From Anthoceros angustus (taxonomy: Eukaryota; Plantae; Anthocerotophyta): a stretch of 64,000 nucleotides of DNA. The position numbers and the translations under genes were made by a program. The stretch lies in contig MU008172.1 in the NCBI GenBank assembly GCA_010909165.1, positions 1,054,001 through 1,118,000 on the forward strand, in the 5' to 3' direction. The notes beneath the pieces are model-generated. The model worked only from the letters and a program-made list of their open reading frames with translations. It did not search any database and was not told the origin of the DNA. How positions within the stretch are numbered: the first letter of the stretch is position 1; the number at the start of each line of letters is the position of its first letter. Below, piece by piece: positions 1-12,751 of the stretch.

Positions 1-255
1 AAACCAAAACAACAGCCAAGTAGAAAGGTAAGACTAACGACATTCAAAGGAATTGAGTCACCAAAGTTTGGTGGCTCTAGCAGCACTAGATCCATTGGTA
101 GGCGGGCGTGCAGATGAGGATGCTCAAGACGCTGGAGTAACTTGAATCCGTGGGCCAGCAGGGTTGCTATTTCCAGGGGAGCTGAAACTGGAGGTGGATG
201 TACTTCCGGAAGGCAAATGCTGTTGGCTGCATTCAGAATGACCGGAAAAGGATAA

Positions 256-1990
256 CTAGCGCTGGTTATAATAGGGGCCAGCAAACTTGTTGGAAAACGT
301 GTTTCGTACCATGGGGCCACCTTGCCGGTTACCACGAGTACCACGAATGAGTAAAGTCTCCTGTTTATCCCCTTCAGACTTTGATCTCTTTACGTAAGAA
401 CGCTGATTGGCCCTTTGCTCCTGTTTGAGAAGGCGATCACACTCCTCAGTGAAAGAGGGTGGTTTGATCATCTTCTCGATGATAAGCTTGGCAGATCCTG
501 GGACAGTGGCAAGGAGACGTTGCATAGGATGATCAGCAAGTTGCAAGGCAGCATCCAGCATCAAATCCCGGACCATCATGAAAGAAACAAGCGCCTTCAC
601 ACAATCACGATTATGTCCAGCATTAAGAAAGGCAATGAAAGCCCTCCATTGGACATGAAGGCTACGGCCAGGGTAGAACTCTTCGAGATGATGAACCATG
701 AACCACAAAGGCTGATCCAACCAGATGATACTCCCTGTACAAGTGGAACGGCCTTCACCGCTTAGCAGATCTTGGCACACACGCTTGATGTAAGGGCGTA
801 TCCAGTTCCACCAGGCTTTCTCATGCTCCTTAAGACGCTGCCCACCTGTTTCCATACTACCTTTCACGCGGCACAAGTGTTGCTCATCAGCTTTGCACTT
901 CGTGGGATCAAAGGAAGACTGCCGAGGACTATTGACCAAGGTTTGAAACCCTGCCCACGGCACGTTCCCCTCTCTCGCACGGTTCAGGCATTCTTCTATC
1001 TCTGCATCCAAAAAACTGCAAAGAATTTGCAGAGTTTCAATGGTGAACGGGGCTAGATAATTCAGATTCGAGCCAGTCCACATTTTGTGGCCTATGGCAG
1101 TCAAATCTTCCTCTAGGTCCCGTGGAGCCACTAAAGGAACAAGGCACTATTCGTGCGAAGACACCCTTGCAATTTGAGACAATTTCCTGGGCAGAAGCAA
1201 CAAATTCCTCAAGGAAAATCCAGTCAGTTTCGGACAACTCCTTCACAGGAAAACCAGGGTGATGAAATGCCCCTTCTTGTGTATTACAAGGCCCCGGCTC
1301 ATGGACTCCAGTAGCCACCTTGAGTGCCTTGGCAATGGAAACACGCTGAGCATCCAAACACAGCTTAGTCGTACCGTCAGCTGCCACACACTCCTCCAAC
1401 TTCTCCTCGATAAACTTCAGCAAGCTCATACCCTCTTCTGCATTCCGATTGACAGCATTCGCCAATTTACATCAGTCGTTAAAGGACAGGATGTCAAGCA
1501 GCATTGGTAGATGCCAGCCATCAACCACGGCTTCGGCAGCAGAGCTGTCATGTACTTGTACCTCCAGGTGGAAAGGCAAGTGAACAATGGAAGAAATTGC
1601 AGTTTGTGAGCGCTTGGAAGTGGCCACAAGTCCACAGTGTGTGTATCCAAGTTCAACCAAGGCAGGGAGGAATTCATGATGACCCTGTGACGCATCCAGA
1701 GCAATATTAGGAGCTGAGCACCACAACACGAAAGACTGCTGCAACATCAAAACATTCAGATTCTCACTATACATGCAAAACGTAGAAGCCGCTGCAGGTG
1801 ACCAGCCTGCAGAGGGCGATTCATAGATAGATTCGATTAGACGCGACTCAATTTCACAAAACTCCTTTGACAAGGCAGCTTCAACGTGTGCAATAGCAGA
1901 GCTGACAAAAACGTCCCAGCACTTGTTCGGAAAAGAGAATTCATGTGAGATTCCTAAACAGTCCAGGACCGCGAGGTGTGTCATCAGCAT
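256..1990 (-). pseudogene. Degenerate ORF of unknown function (~580 codons in three near-contiguous pieces)
   Basis: ORFs 1472-1990, 1037-1465 and 256-1131 lie head-to-tail on the minus strand with normal globular amino-acid composition. No family motif recognised. Confidence 0.4.
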
Positions 1991-2066
1991 TCCAGCCTGC
2001 AGCGGGCATTCCTCTGCATTTTCCTCAACCAGATCAGCAGCCAGATCCCATTCTGATCTATAGGTC

Positions 2067-2174
2067 AGCCAAGCACGTCATGGGACGGGGAATATACAAA
2101 CCCCCTTCGATTGGAAAAAAAGCCAAGCACGTCATGGGACGGGGAATATACAAACCCCCTTCGATTGGAAAAAA
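2067..2174. repeat. 54-bp direct tandem duplication (AGCCAAGCACGTCATGGGACGGGGAATATACAAACCCCCTTCGATTGGAAAAAA x2)
   Basis: Identical units start at 2067 and 2121. Confidence 0.9.
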
Positions 2175-3875
2175 AACCCCCTTGACGGATTCGACACCAT
2201 CCTTGAAGTGCCGGAACTGCCTAGTTATGAAAATCAGCATACCCTTCGTAAGTCCAAATGTTCGGTAAAAGGTATAATTTATAGCACTAACCCCCCACTA
2301 ACCAAAACAGGGCGCCGGCCGGTCGGCGTCCACATGAATCCGAATTAAACACAATAATTTTGCAAGGGGCAATACATATACCCTCTTCTTTTGGGGTTGG
2401 ACCCTCTTGACCAAGTACCACTGGTCCGAAAATAGCCTTTTCACGTCATGTTCAAAACATCACCCCCATTCCTAGGGTACATACACTTACACACCAAATG
2501 TTTACTAGTTGCCTCCACTACATGACCCATCAAGACGCCAGCCAGCTGGCACCCTAAACGGGTCTATCACAGCACTCAAGCCTTATACTACATTTTGGGG
2601 AACTACTGGCGAACTTTCTATACCACAAAAAAAATGGACCTTTCACTATCAATCTAATGTTTTGAGTCTGTCTACTTTAGAATGGAGGAATATGACGGGG
2701 GCTACGTTGTGATTTATCCGGTGCTTGAGTGAATACTGAATCCATCATTGCTAAATTACGCATTCATTCCACCATAATTTTGGAAGGAGGTTAATGTACG
2801 AACCCCCTTCTTTTGCTTTTGGACCTCCTTCACGAAATCTACGCAGTCCTTAAAAGACGGTTTTAGCCCATTCTTCAAAATGACATTACCCTGGTTATTC
2901 CGTCCACAAACAGAGAGTCTGCAGTCTTTCCATTGACTTCATAGAGAGCTTGTCTAGGGCGCCAACCGGCCAGCGCCCTTCGTGATGTGTTCATGGACAC
3001 CATTCAATTAATTCATCAAAACTAAACATGGCTCTACTTTGGAAAGAAACAAAATCGAAGGTTGTGTGTGAATGCCGACATGACGGCGTCCACAACGACT
3101 AGGACAAAAACGGTAAAATTTAAAACGAGCACATGCAAGCGGTTATGCCGCGAATGGTCCCTCATGACGACCAATCTGTAACTCATCTGGGCCTTGAGCC
3201 AATACTTCATGTATGACTACTTTTAAGTTCCACATGTGCGGACCCACTTATGGGTCATCAAAACCGTTGTTCTTGCCAATGGACTTGGCGTCTTTATTGT
3301 ACCCAACTCCTGCCTCATCAAGCACTTTTGTAAGCATCTGACAATTGTAGTCGTAGCATATGCATCATTTCTTTGCCGTTTTGGTTTACGAGGACATTCA
3401 TCCATGCCCAGGTTTTGGCTTTCATGGGTTTGAATCGTTACCTTTATCAAACAAGTAACCCATTCCCTCAACCGTTTGAATGTATGTTTCAAATTGAGTG
3501 AGCAGAAATATGACATTTTTCACATGTCAAATTACAATGTACAGCCTTAGTCGATCGCAAAGATGGTGTGTAAGATTGAAACACATACCCAGGAGCTATG
3601 ACCTCCACAATACAATGGTCGCGGCCTTCAATGAGCTCGACAACACGGAAGAAACTTGAGTGAGCCGTAGCTCTCTTCACCATTTTGATTTTTTATAATT
3701 TGCGATCATTAATATAATGTTACGAGTAATTTAAAACTTGCAATCAATGATTGAAAGATATTTAAAACTACAAATTCTTAACTTTGCTCGCCCAAAATAA
3801 GGACATGCGAATCGAACCATAGACCATGCCCACTTAGCCCTTATATCAAGCCATACCTTAGCAGATGAGTGCGGG

Positions 3876-4161
3876 CATGCCTGCGTCCTGAAAATCAACA
3901 AAGTGGGTTGCCCATGCGCCCATACCAGCGTCCTTAAAATCAACAAAGTTGATTGCCCATGCGCCCATGTCAGCATCCTTAAAATCAACAAAGTTGGTTG
4001 CTCATGCGCCCATGCCAGCGTCCTTAATCCTTAAAATCAACAAAGTTGTTTTATTGTAATGCTAGAGGTTTTGAACTCTTATTCCTTAAAATCAACAAAG
4101 TTGGTTGCCCATGCGCCCATGCCAGCGTCCTCAATCCTTAAAATCAACAAAGTTGGTTGCC
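3876..4161. repeat. ~45-bp minisatellite, about 6 copies (core CCTTAAAATCAACAAAGTTGGTTGCCCATGCGCCCATG)
   Basis: AAAATCAACAAAG recurs near 3891, 3936, 3981, 4033, 4088 and 4140. Confidence 0.9.
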
Positions 4162-4298
4162 ACTTGAGCAAGGAGGTTTTGAACTCATAACCTATGAACT
4201 CCTACTCCTAAACTTTTTTTTTTCTAACCACTTGAGCAAGGAGGTTTTGAACTCATAACCTATGAACTCCTAAACTTTTTTCTAACCACTTGAGCAAT
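4160..4298. repeat. ~60-70-bp tandem repeat (CCACTTGAGCAAGGAGGTTTTGAACTCATAACCTATGAACTCCT...), two copies plus a partial
   Basis: CCACTTGAGCAA occurs at about 4160, 4228 and 4286. Confidence 0.85.
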
Positions 4299-5169
4299 TA
4301 CCGCATCCCGAGAAGTGGTTCAACAAGATAATGCCGAAATAATAATTATTTTTAAATAATTTTTAACATAAATATTTATATTTTCAAAATTTAATATTTA
4401 TGAAAAATAAACTTATCAATTTATTAAAATATATAGGTATCTATATAGAAATAATAGATATATATAGAGCTCCTCTAAACAAGCCCCACACAAGCCCTAG
4501 TTTCCTTTTTTGTTTTGCATCTTAAACCCATAATTTTTTATGTATTCAGCATTTTAAGTAAAATAATTTTTATATTTTCAAATTTTCATAATTTTAATTA
4601 ATTAACGATGAATCACCCCTTAGGATACGGTATACTAAGCTATGAATGTCTTTGAAGCACTAATTATTTATTTTATCAAAGGAGCCCATGAGGAGGACAT
4701 GCATGGGAAGGGCACCGGCCGGCCGGTGCCCCAACTATGCATGGGAAGTGAGAATGACGACCAGGAACTTTGAACTAAACCCCAAACCCTGGGTATGCAG
4801 GGAAAGGGCGTCGGCCGTTGCCCTTTCCCCGCACACTCGGGAATATGCCCGATGTGCAGTATATAAACCGCTACTCAAGGTCTTCTTTTGGTGTTTTTAT
4901 ATAGTGCCTTAGTTGAAGGGTAGTATTTATGTGCGTAACAGCGGCAAGAATGGTCAACTACATGGGTTCAATTATGCCGGAAATTGATGTGTTGTGGAAA
5001 GCCTAAACCCTTCACATGCCTCTACCGCTCATGAAAACAATGCAACCACTTGTGTGACACTATGATTTTGTGATAATTTTTTAGAGCATGCCACGACAGG
5101 CTAATTTTAGACCCATGAGAAATCCTCTTCGAAGGATAAAAGCCACTAAACCCCCATCGGGTATGTGAC

Positions 5170-6241
5170 TGCCACTCCGTTGGCAAAGGCAAGGGCACTG
5201 GAGCAGACCTTGGGGTGGTGGTGGTGGGGGCCGTTTTCCTTTTCTTTGCCTCCGTCCTGGTCCGGCGAGGCTCGGTAGTTGGGGCCGAAGCAGGTTGCTG
5301 GTCCGCTGGGGCGGCGACTACGCCTCCCCGTCGTGTTTGCCTCTGGTGAGGGGTGTTCTGGCGGAGGGACCAAAAGGAGGGAAGCATGAATTTCTTCCCA
5401 TACTTCCCTGGGCGGCGAGGGGGTCCGTTCCAGTCGTATGGAGTCCGGAATGCCCTCCTAATCCTCATCTTCCTGGGTCCTCCTGGGCTTGGGTGGGCGT
5501 CCTTCTGGCTCCTGTGCCCTTGCCTCTCGCTCCGTCTTAGGTAGGGTCACCAACCCTTTCCAGAGTGCTCACTCTTCCTCTCCCTCCTTCAAGAGGTTAA
5601 GGTGTCCCCATACGTGGACGATAAACGGAGACAGCGCCGATGGGGGCGGCCGCTCGTTTTGCAACTTCCTGGCCTCCTGGTTAATCCGGGCGAAGATGAT
5701 CGTTCCTCAGTCCGCTCTCTTTCCTCTCTGCAAGGCGTGGAGGAACACAAGCAAATTGTCACCAGGCTGGTCCACCTTGGTGAGCATATTCCAGTGCACG
5801 ATGACCTTCGCCACCGCTCTCACACGTCGGTCCAACAGGTCCGATAGCAGCCACCCGTTTGAGAACCGCTGCGTCCTCGGCCTCAAAAGCGCCGCCTTTG
5901 CTGCCTCCATCTTCCCTTTTACCTTAAGGGGCTCCGGAACTACGCCCCCAATCTCCTCCACCGGCCTATTGTAGACCGCTCACAGGACCCCCACAGTCCA
6001 TCTCCTCGGATCTTCGCTCAAGCTCTTGGAGCGGACGGTTTTGTTGGCCGCCGCCAGGATCTTCCGGGCGTACTCCCAGCCAGTTATCAGCAGGTCCACA
6101 CCACTGGAAGATGTCCACGTGCATCGGGCCCTCCGCCTCCACTACCCAGGTCCGAACTGGGTAGCGCTTAGTGACGATATTTTTCTTCACTAAGCGCCAG
6201 GGCTCCCAGATCTCCGCCACCTTCTTGGGTCCCATGCTCAC
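5170..6241 (-). pseudogene. N-terminal part of the LTR-encoded ORF in the solo LTR
   Basis: Reads MGPKKVAEIWEPWRLVKKNIVT...EDPRRWTVGVL...NGWLLSDLLDRRVRAVAKVIVHWNMLTKVDQPGDNLLVFLHALQRGKRAD...VHVWGHLNLL, homologous to the LTR ORFs of both full elements. Contains in-frame stops and a frameshift. Confidence 0.75.
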
Positions 6242-6712
6242 GCGCTAGTGGGGATGCTGATGTGAGATGGTGGATGGCAATGCTCCCGCTACGTTCCGCC
6301 GTGATGAGCGCTTAGTTCGGGGGGAGATGGCCGCTCGTAGTTGTGCTTGAACGTCGGAAGAGATAGCACCAGAGAGCAGGATGCCTGAGTGCAAGTGACC
6401 GCGAAAACTGTCGAGAAGTCGGTCGAGAGAATGGCCTTCTCTCAGCGTTAGAACGTCGGAAGTAACTGAAGCGCGGGAGGACGTCCTTTCGCTGGCCATA
6501 ACTACTAGAGTCTTGCATCGCGTACTCTAGCCTTACGCTGCCGCCGCCCTGGCGTATGTACTTGGGTCGTGGTTACCTGCCCATAACGGCCACTGACAAC
6601 CCTGCGGTCCCGGTCCGCTGCATGCCCATTCTCCTCTCAGCACCGTCCACGTGGCCCCCTTGCCAATTGCGCTCCACCCCTTTCTCGAAGTTTCTTTTCC
6701 CGGCGGACTTAT

Positions 6713-6840
6713 CCCGGCCTACTCCGGAGTTCAGTCCGAACTTATTTCCGCCTACTCCGGAATTCAGTCTGGACTCACCCCGGCCTACTCCGGAATTCAG
6801 TCCGAACTCACCCCGGCCTACTCCGGAGTTCAGTCCGGAG
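6713..6840. repeat. 33-bp tandem repeat x4 (CCCGGCCTACTCCGGA(G/A)TTCAGTCCGAACT(T/C)A) near the LTR 5' end
   Basis: Visible directly. It produces the shadow peptide repeat PRPTPEFSPNS. Confidence 0.9.
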
Positions 6841-7887
6841 CGGCTCATGCCGAGGTTTCTTGCTGCCCGTCCTTATGCCTCTCAACCGCCCATTCCCCTT
6901 TCACCTGTTCCCGACCTTATTTCCCCTTTTGCGCCTTATTTCCCACTCCACACTAATGAAAAAAACAAAAAAGAGTTTATTACCTTCCTAAGGGGGGGAG
7001 TCCGCAGTCCACAGGGTATATTCCCCCCTTGCAAAGTTATCGTGTTAGTGGCAATCCCAAATAATTGATGGAGGCTAAGATAAGCTTGGAACTACTCCCA
7101 TTGTTGAGGGGCAATGTTGCGGCTAATGACCTGCAAGAACGCCTCCCCCACGCATACCAGCGATAGGACACACCCCTGGTGTGGGCTTCCCCATAGCCAA
7201 TAACCTGCTAGCACCCAACACCTGAGAAATCCGATGGGGGGTCTCACCCCTAGCCACAGGTGCTGCCAGAATAAAAAGTTCTGACTTCGAACCAAGAGAA
7301 GATTTCCGAGAGTAATAGTCATGGAGGTGGTTATAGACCATCCCCGATAGACAACCTGAAGAAAGTCACAGGGCAGTGGTAAAGTAAAGTTATGGCCATA
7401 GAGCGCAAGTCGTGCCTAAAATAGGTAGCATTTTAGCAAATCTCCTGATAGAGGTGCTTGACACCAAGACAACGAAATTGAACAATAAAGCTTGCAAAGA
7501 TTGCTTAATTGATAGTTTGTGTACTTCGTGCATGTTGGAGACTTGCATCTTCATTTAGTGTGATTGCATATAGTTAGGTACTTGGCTAGAAGAATGAGTG
7601 CTTGGATTTATGAAGTCATTGCTGAAAAAGCTTTATGGGTGTACAAAGTTTGTTGCTGCTGAAATTTTCTTGGTAGAAATTGTGTTCCCCATAAATTGTT
7701 CTTCTAGTATGCTTGTATAGTTTCGTCTAATACATGTCTAGAAGAGGAGCGAGGTCTCAAACAAGCTACTGCCACAGTTTCAAAGCTTTGGCATGCGGAG
7801 CAATTAGAGTGCTCATGTGCTAGAAACTGCGTTTTGAAAGAGCTGCAGAAGCTTCGAAGTTCCCAGAACAATGACAACCTATAAATT

Positions 7888-8060
7888 CACTACTAGGAAC
7901 CAGGTGGGTATGTCACGTTTTTTTGTAACATATATACGTCCTATTGTTACATTATAATGTCCATTGTAACGGTTCTGGTTCGGTCCCCCGAGCCAGCGAA
8001 ATCGTTACAATTAAATTGTTAGAAGGCGATTCGTTGTAATGTTTCTGGTTCGGGGCAGGG
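7888..8060. mobile_element. CACTA terminal inverted repeat (CACTACTAGGAA) with subterminal repeats
   Basis: CACTA pentamer at 7888, followed by direct and inverted TTGTAAC/GTTACAA motifs and TTCTGGTTCGG twice. It lies downstream of minus-strand CACTA ORFs. No partner terminus was seen in the window. Confidence 0.75.
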
Positions 8061-8432
8061 TTGGGCCTCGGGTTGGTGAGCATGGATTAAGCGGGGATTC
8101 GTTTGCCCGCTTCTGACATGAAGGGGGCGTCGCACACATTTATGTGCCGCACGCCACCCCCGATGATGCGGGCGTACTGTGGATGCCCCTTTATGGATGC
8201 CCCTTTATGCCTGCCACTTATTTTTCGACCCACCGTACCGATTTATCGTGAAAACATATTGACGTATTTGAATGTATGGGGATTGTATGTATGACGATGG
8301 TATGTATTGTTCTGCATATTTGGCATACAGCATGTAGAATAAAAGCATTAATTCCAGAGCATTTGTAAATCGTTGTATCATGTTTTATGGCCAGCACTGG
8401 AGGCCAATGCACCATAAGCCATATGCATATGG

Positions 8433-10780
8433 CTATCTAATCGTACTCGCGAGCGGGGTATTTGACGGCTTTGTCGCTCCGGATGCGTTTGCGGCCTTTG
8501 GCCTTTTCCGCTCGCGACCTTCTACACACAGTCGGTGCCTTGCGTTTCGCTCGGCCGTCTTTCTCAGGTGCATGATCCCCGGCTTTGCGAAGGAGGGTTC
8601 TCCCCTGCATACAGACACCAAACACTGACGATGATGCGACATCAAACAAGAAAGTGACCAATCAACACCAATCTTACACAAGAAACCGATGACCCGCTTG
8701 CTTTTCCCCGCGCCTTTTCCTTTCGTGGAAGCGCCAGCCCTTGTTACTCGTGACTTCCATATGTGGGGCCACCCCTTTCCTCGGCAATTTCCCTTCCTTG
8801 CGGTTTGGGTCGTCACGACCTCGGTTCTTCCTGGAGAATGCACGTCATCCGAATCACTCCCATCATCAACCGACGCCTCCATCTCCTGCTGCCTTCCGCA
8901 TGACCCTCCTCTTCCTCGCCTCGGCTTCCCTGCGTTCTCATCCTCCTCCTCTTCCCCATTGTCCTCTTCCTCATCCTCTTCTTCCCTTCTCTTTCCCTTC
9001 TTGCCCATCTTCCCCTCGCATCCCCATTCTCGCCATCGGCATTGTCGCCCTCGAGCGCATCCACTTGACATATGGTCCTCAAACACACCATTACCTCCTT
9101 CTTGATCCTCCTCCCGCTATCATCGCCGTCCGCCACATGTTCCCGCGGTCCGATCTCGTATATCCTGTCGATGTTGGAGGTCATATTTCCGCTTCCTTCC
9201 CCTCCTTCTTAGCTCGCACGCGAGAAATCCTTCCACGACCCTCCACCTCCCGCAACAGTTGGTTATGTTTTCATAGGACGAGAGCCCCAAATTCAAGCTC
9301 CTCGATCGTTGGATCCCTCCCATGCTCTTTGGAACTTGTAGATCCATCCCTTCTTCCCACAACGCCATCTTGGTTAGGCCCTCGCCATCCGCCTTGAGTC
9401 TTGCCTTTGCGCTAGTTGAGCTTTGGAGGGCAAAAGTTGCCATGTTGTCAAGTTCAACCGTGCCCATGTAAGCACCTCTTGCCATACCTTGTCATCCGCC
9501 ATGGGTGGCTTGAATTTCGAGGACCTGTTTCCCTGTTTTCCTCTAAGGCACAAGCCTTGGTCGGCCTACATACCGCTGGTTCCGACTCCTTGTATGTTGG
9601 CTAAAAATGGGCAGCCTGCCCTTCATCATCAAGTCCGGAATCGTAAGACATCTTCGCATAATGTCTTCCTCCTCGACTTTGACAATTCGCTCCACCTACC
9701 TGGTATCTCGTTGGTAGCCTTTGTCCGAATGAGTTCCAAGAATTCCTTGTGTCTTGGAGCTGTCAAGCCCCCGAATAGCAACTCATTCACCTTGCCAACG
9801 CCTCCTGCCCCTCCTTCCACTTCCTCATCCCGGGAGGTTCGCGTTGCCACGGGTGCCATGGGCTGGGCCAGCCGCTCTCGAACCCACAACATTCCATGTT
9901 TTCTCACCAAACACTGTAGCAGCTGCGTGTTGTCCATGTGGTCAACAACTGAAGGTGGCCCATTTCTGCAACAGCAGTGCGTAGCCCCCAGTTGCCCACC
10001 AGCCGCAACAAAGCTCCGACCCCAAGCATTATGCAAGGCAGCCGCACGACGGTCAACTGGCGGGTCAGATCGCGCATTTCCTTCAGCCTCCTGCGAATCC
10101 TGCACTTCGTCGGGTGGATATAGGGGTGAGCGTTGCAGGGCGGCTGGCAAACTTCCGCCTTCGTCTTCGCCTCCGGATGACCAGATTGCATTGCCATTTG
10201 CCCCGATAGTCCAAGCGTCAGGGAAATCGGGTACCTGCGAGCAGCCGGCATCAGTTCTCATGGGCTTCCTGGATCGGACACTCGCTTGGAATGAGACGGG
10301 ATCGCGTGGTCTTACCGTGTCTGGCAGTGTGGGAACTCCATGGTGATCGGTGTATCCCCCCCCACTCGCGTGCAAGTCAGCTGACTGCGGAGATGGGAGG
10401 TTGAATTCCTCAACGCCACCGCCATGTTCACCATTCGCCTCATGTTGCCGACCACCTTTAGTGACTTAGTGCGCCAACCATGTGTGGCTTACCGCCTAAT
10501 TGGGTCAGAAGTATGGAAGGCGTACCGGGGTTACGGACGACAGACCATCCGGTTGCACTGGACTGGTTTCTTCGCCACGTTGTTGAAATGACTTGCACCA
10601 GGGAAAATTGGTCCATGGTAGGAGCCATCCAGTAGTCCCCGTCGGCGGTGGTGCGGAGATCTGCCGATAAGATTTGAGTGAAGTTGTGATGGCTTGTGAT
10701 AAATGTTCTGCCTTTCAAATGATCCTGCACAAAACCCCATGCACCCTTCCATGCGCAGCGCGTATGTCAAGGACACGCAT
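8433..10780 (-). pseudogene. CACTA second ORF (TnpA / Transposase_24-like), fragmented
   Basis: Lies between TnpD and the terminus. Segments GRWSELSKSRRKTL and KPPMADDKVWQEVLTWA...RCGKKGW fit the Ptta/En/Spm layout, followed by an acidic low-complexity tail. Confidence 0.5.
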
Positions 10781-12394
10781 TTTGAGCGGTGGCGTGCATG
10801 TCTTGTTACACTTCAAGTAATCTCTTGTTATGGCATAACGGGTGCCGTTGTTCTGACCACGCGTCGTTTCCATTGAGGGACATTTAAATCTCTATTTTAG
10901 TTTCATTCCTATAGCCGAAATTCACACAACTCATATAACATATACTTTGCGAGGCAAGTGCCTTCCCACGAATCGTGTCAAAGCAAAAAGGTCACCAACA
11001 ACTTCTGGCTAAGCATGGTTGCGATCATCGCCAAGCACCCACAACAAATCTACAATCTCAAAGCAACTTCTGTTCCAAATTGGATCCAATTCTCATGCAT
11101 GTATGGACAATTCTTTTCTTGCTAGCCTCAAAGCTCCTAGTCATTGTTTCTTCAACCCGGTGTGCATGACGAGGCGTGTCTCGTAGAGGCGGCTCAAAAC
11201 CCTAGCATCCCACAATCCGAATGATTCGCCAATGTCGTCTGCCTCCGTCCATATATGAATACATTCAGACTCCATTTCACCCCTGAATCCCCAGGCTTCG
11301 GTTATTCCCATTCGCATATGGCCGTCGTTGGCAACTCCAGCACATCCAATAGACAATTGTGCTGCCTCCTGCACACAGGCCTGCAAGTAGGTGGTTCTGG
11401 CGTCTTCATGCCCCAACCGTTGGCGCCCAAACGCCTGGGAGCGTCGACGGTCCTTCACCCCGGCCAGACGCCTGCTTTCACTCTGTTTGAACCCTCATGG
11501 AGGACCATGCTTTGTTCGCTCGGGTCATTGCGCAAGCTGGAGGGTCGTTTCGTCGGCTCCGTGGAGCCATGTATGGATTGAGGCGTCTTCGCTCTGTGAT
11601 GATGGGTTGCCCAAGAACATGCGTGGTGTCACATTCCTTTCGCGGGCGGCGTGCCTCCGACAACTTTGAGGCGCGTGCGGCCAAGCATCATGACGACTCA
11701 GTGCACGAGATCGCGGTTGTCCTCACATTCAATATGTCATTCATCGCCCATTTACCAGCCATATATATAGCATGACATATATAGGCATCGAACCCATCAA
11801 CCAAGGAACTTCCTCCCATGCCATCACCATGTCCCCACGACATGGTTTGTGCAAAGTACCATGGTCCAAGGAACAAGGTACATACACAAATGCATAATTT
11901 CCGCCCTATGTATCTGAGTATCATGACATCCCCATGTTCCAAGGAGCATGGTATGAGCGGAAATATCATGGTTCGATGACATGGTATCTTGTTGGGAAAA
12001 GACCATGTTCCAAGGACACCGGCCTCTCCTCAAACATGGTATATAGCATTGTATGACTGGAACATTAAAATGGAAAGCCGCGTTCTCTCAACAGACAGTG
12101 ACGGCGCGCGAGGGGGCAGGCGAATATTTCCATGCACGCTTCACACTTGTCCAGACGGTAGCGCCAGCCAATGAGTCCATCCTCGTCATGCGCACCTGTC
12201 ATAATTGCAGCCTTTCTCGGGATATAAGGCTTCCATTTCTGCCTCCTCCCTCCCACCCTTTGCCCTCTGGTTTCTGCATTGAAGACGGTCGGTCGATCTG
12301 CTTGGATTTCGCCTTTCATTCAATTGTCGGCCATATTGTCTTTGCTCTGATCTTCTTATCTTATGGTTTGGCGGCTTTGTAGGTGTGCGGTGTA

Positions 12395-12751
12395 ATGGGC
12401 ATGGCGGCAGGCCCGGATGGAGGCAACGGATACAGCCAATTTCTTGCCGAGGTGGAGGGTACCATACGCCAAACGTGGGCGGACGCATGGGCACACCGCC
12501 AGCTTCCACCACGGCGCCCCAACTTCCGCGATGAAGACGCGCGACGATGGCTTGCAACTTTGCAGGGCGAAGCTGAGGTTTTGGATGCGCGGAGGCGTGT
12601 GCTGGAGGTGGGTCGCTGTTTGCTAGATATTACACATTGGATGGACCTGGTGCCGGATCTCCCCATTGCGGAATGGTTTGGAGAAGAGCGGCAGACATGG
12701 TGGGTCCTATACTCAGCGGTCCAGAGACGTTGCGGCGATAACACGCCTTAG
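12395..12751 (+). CDS. Small hypothetical protein (~118 aa) antisense to the CACTA genes
   Basis: Uninterrupted ORF MGMAAGPDGGNGYSQFLAEVEGTIRQTWADAWAHR..., with a TATAAG near 12223 and a possible GT...TTGTAG 5'-UTR intron at ~12288-12382. Confidence 0.4.
   Translation: MGMAAGPDGGNGYSQFLAEVEGTIRQTWADAWAHRQLPPRRPNFRDEDARRWLATLQGEAEVLDARRRVLEVGRCLLDITHWMDLVPDLPIAEWFGEERQTWWVLYSAVQRRCGDNTP

Larger units (their letters stand above)
5164..7013 (-). mobile_element. Shortened solo LTR of the long-LTR Ty3/Gypsy family (third subfamily)
   Basis: Begins TGTG and ends CACA, flanked by GGGTA at 5159-5163 and 7014-7018. The right end GTCCGCAGTCCACA matches the LTR ends GTCCGTAGTCCACA at 26774 and 36444. 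Internally homologous to ~25230-26774. Confidence 0.85.

Noticed and set aside
2951-2980. Helitron 3' end (hairpin plus CTAG)
   Set aside because: CTAG directly abuts the hairpin instead of lying ~10-12 nt away, the other palindromes lack it, and no Rep/helicase is present.
3050-3690. Possible SWIM/MULE-like remnant on the minus strand
   Set aside because: Only scattered Cys/His residues with several stops; no complete motif.
3876-4298. Regular repeats resembling a CRISPR array
   Set aside because: Units are contiguous without unique spacers, no cas genes are present, and the context is eukaryotic.
4775-4792. AAACCC-like telomeric motif
   Set aside because: Only two imperfect units.
7700-7887. 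Possible host exon just outside the CACTA terminus
   Set aside because: Short open frame with no recognisable homology or partner exons.
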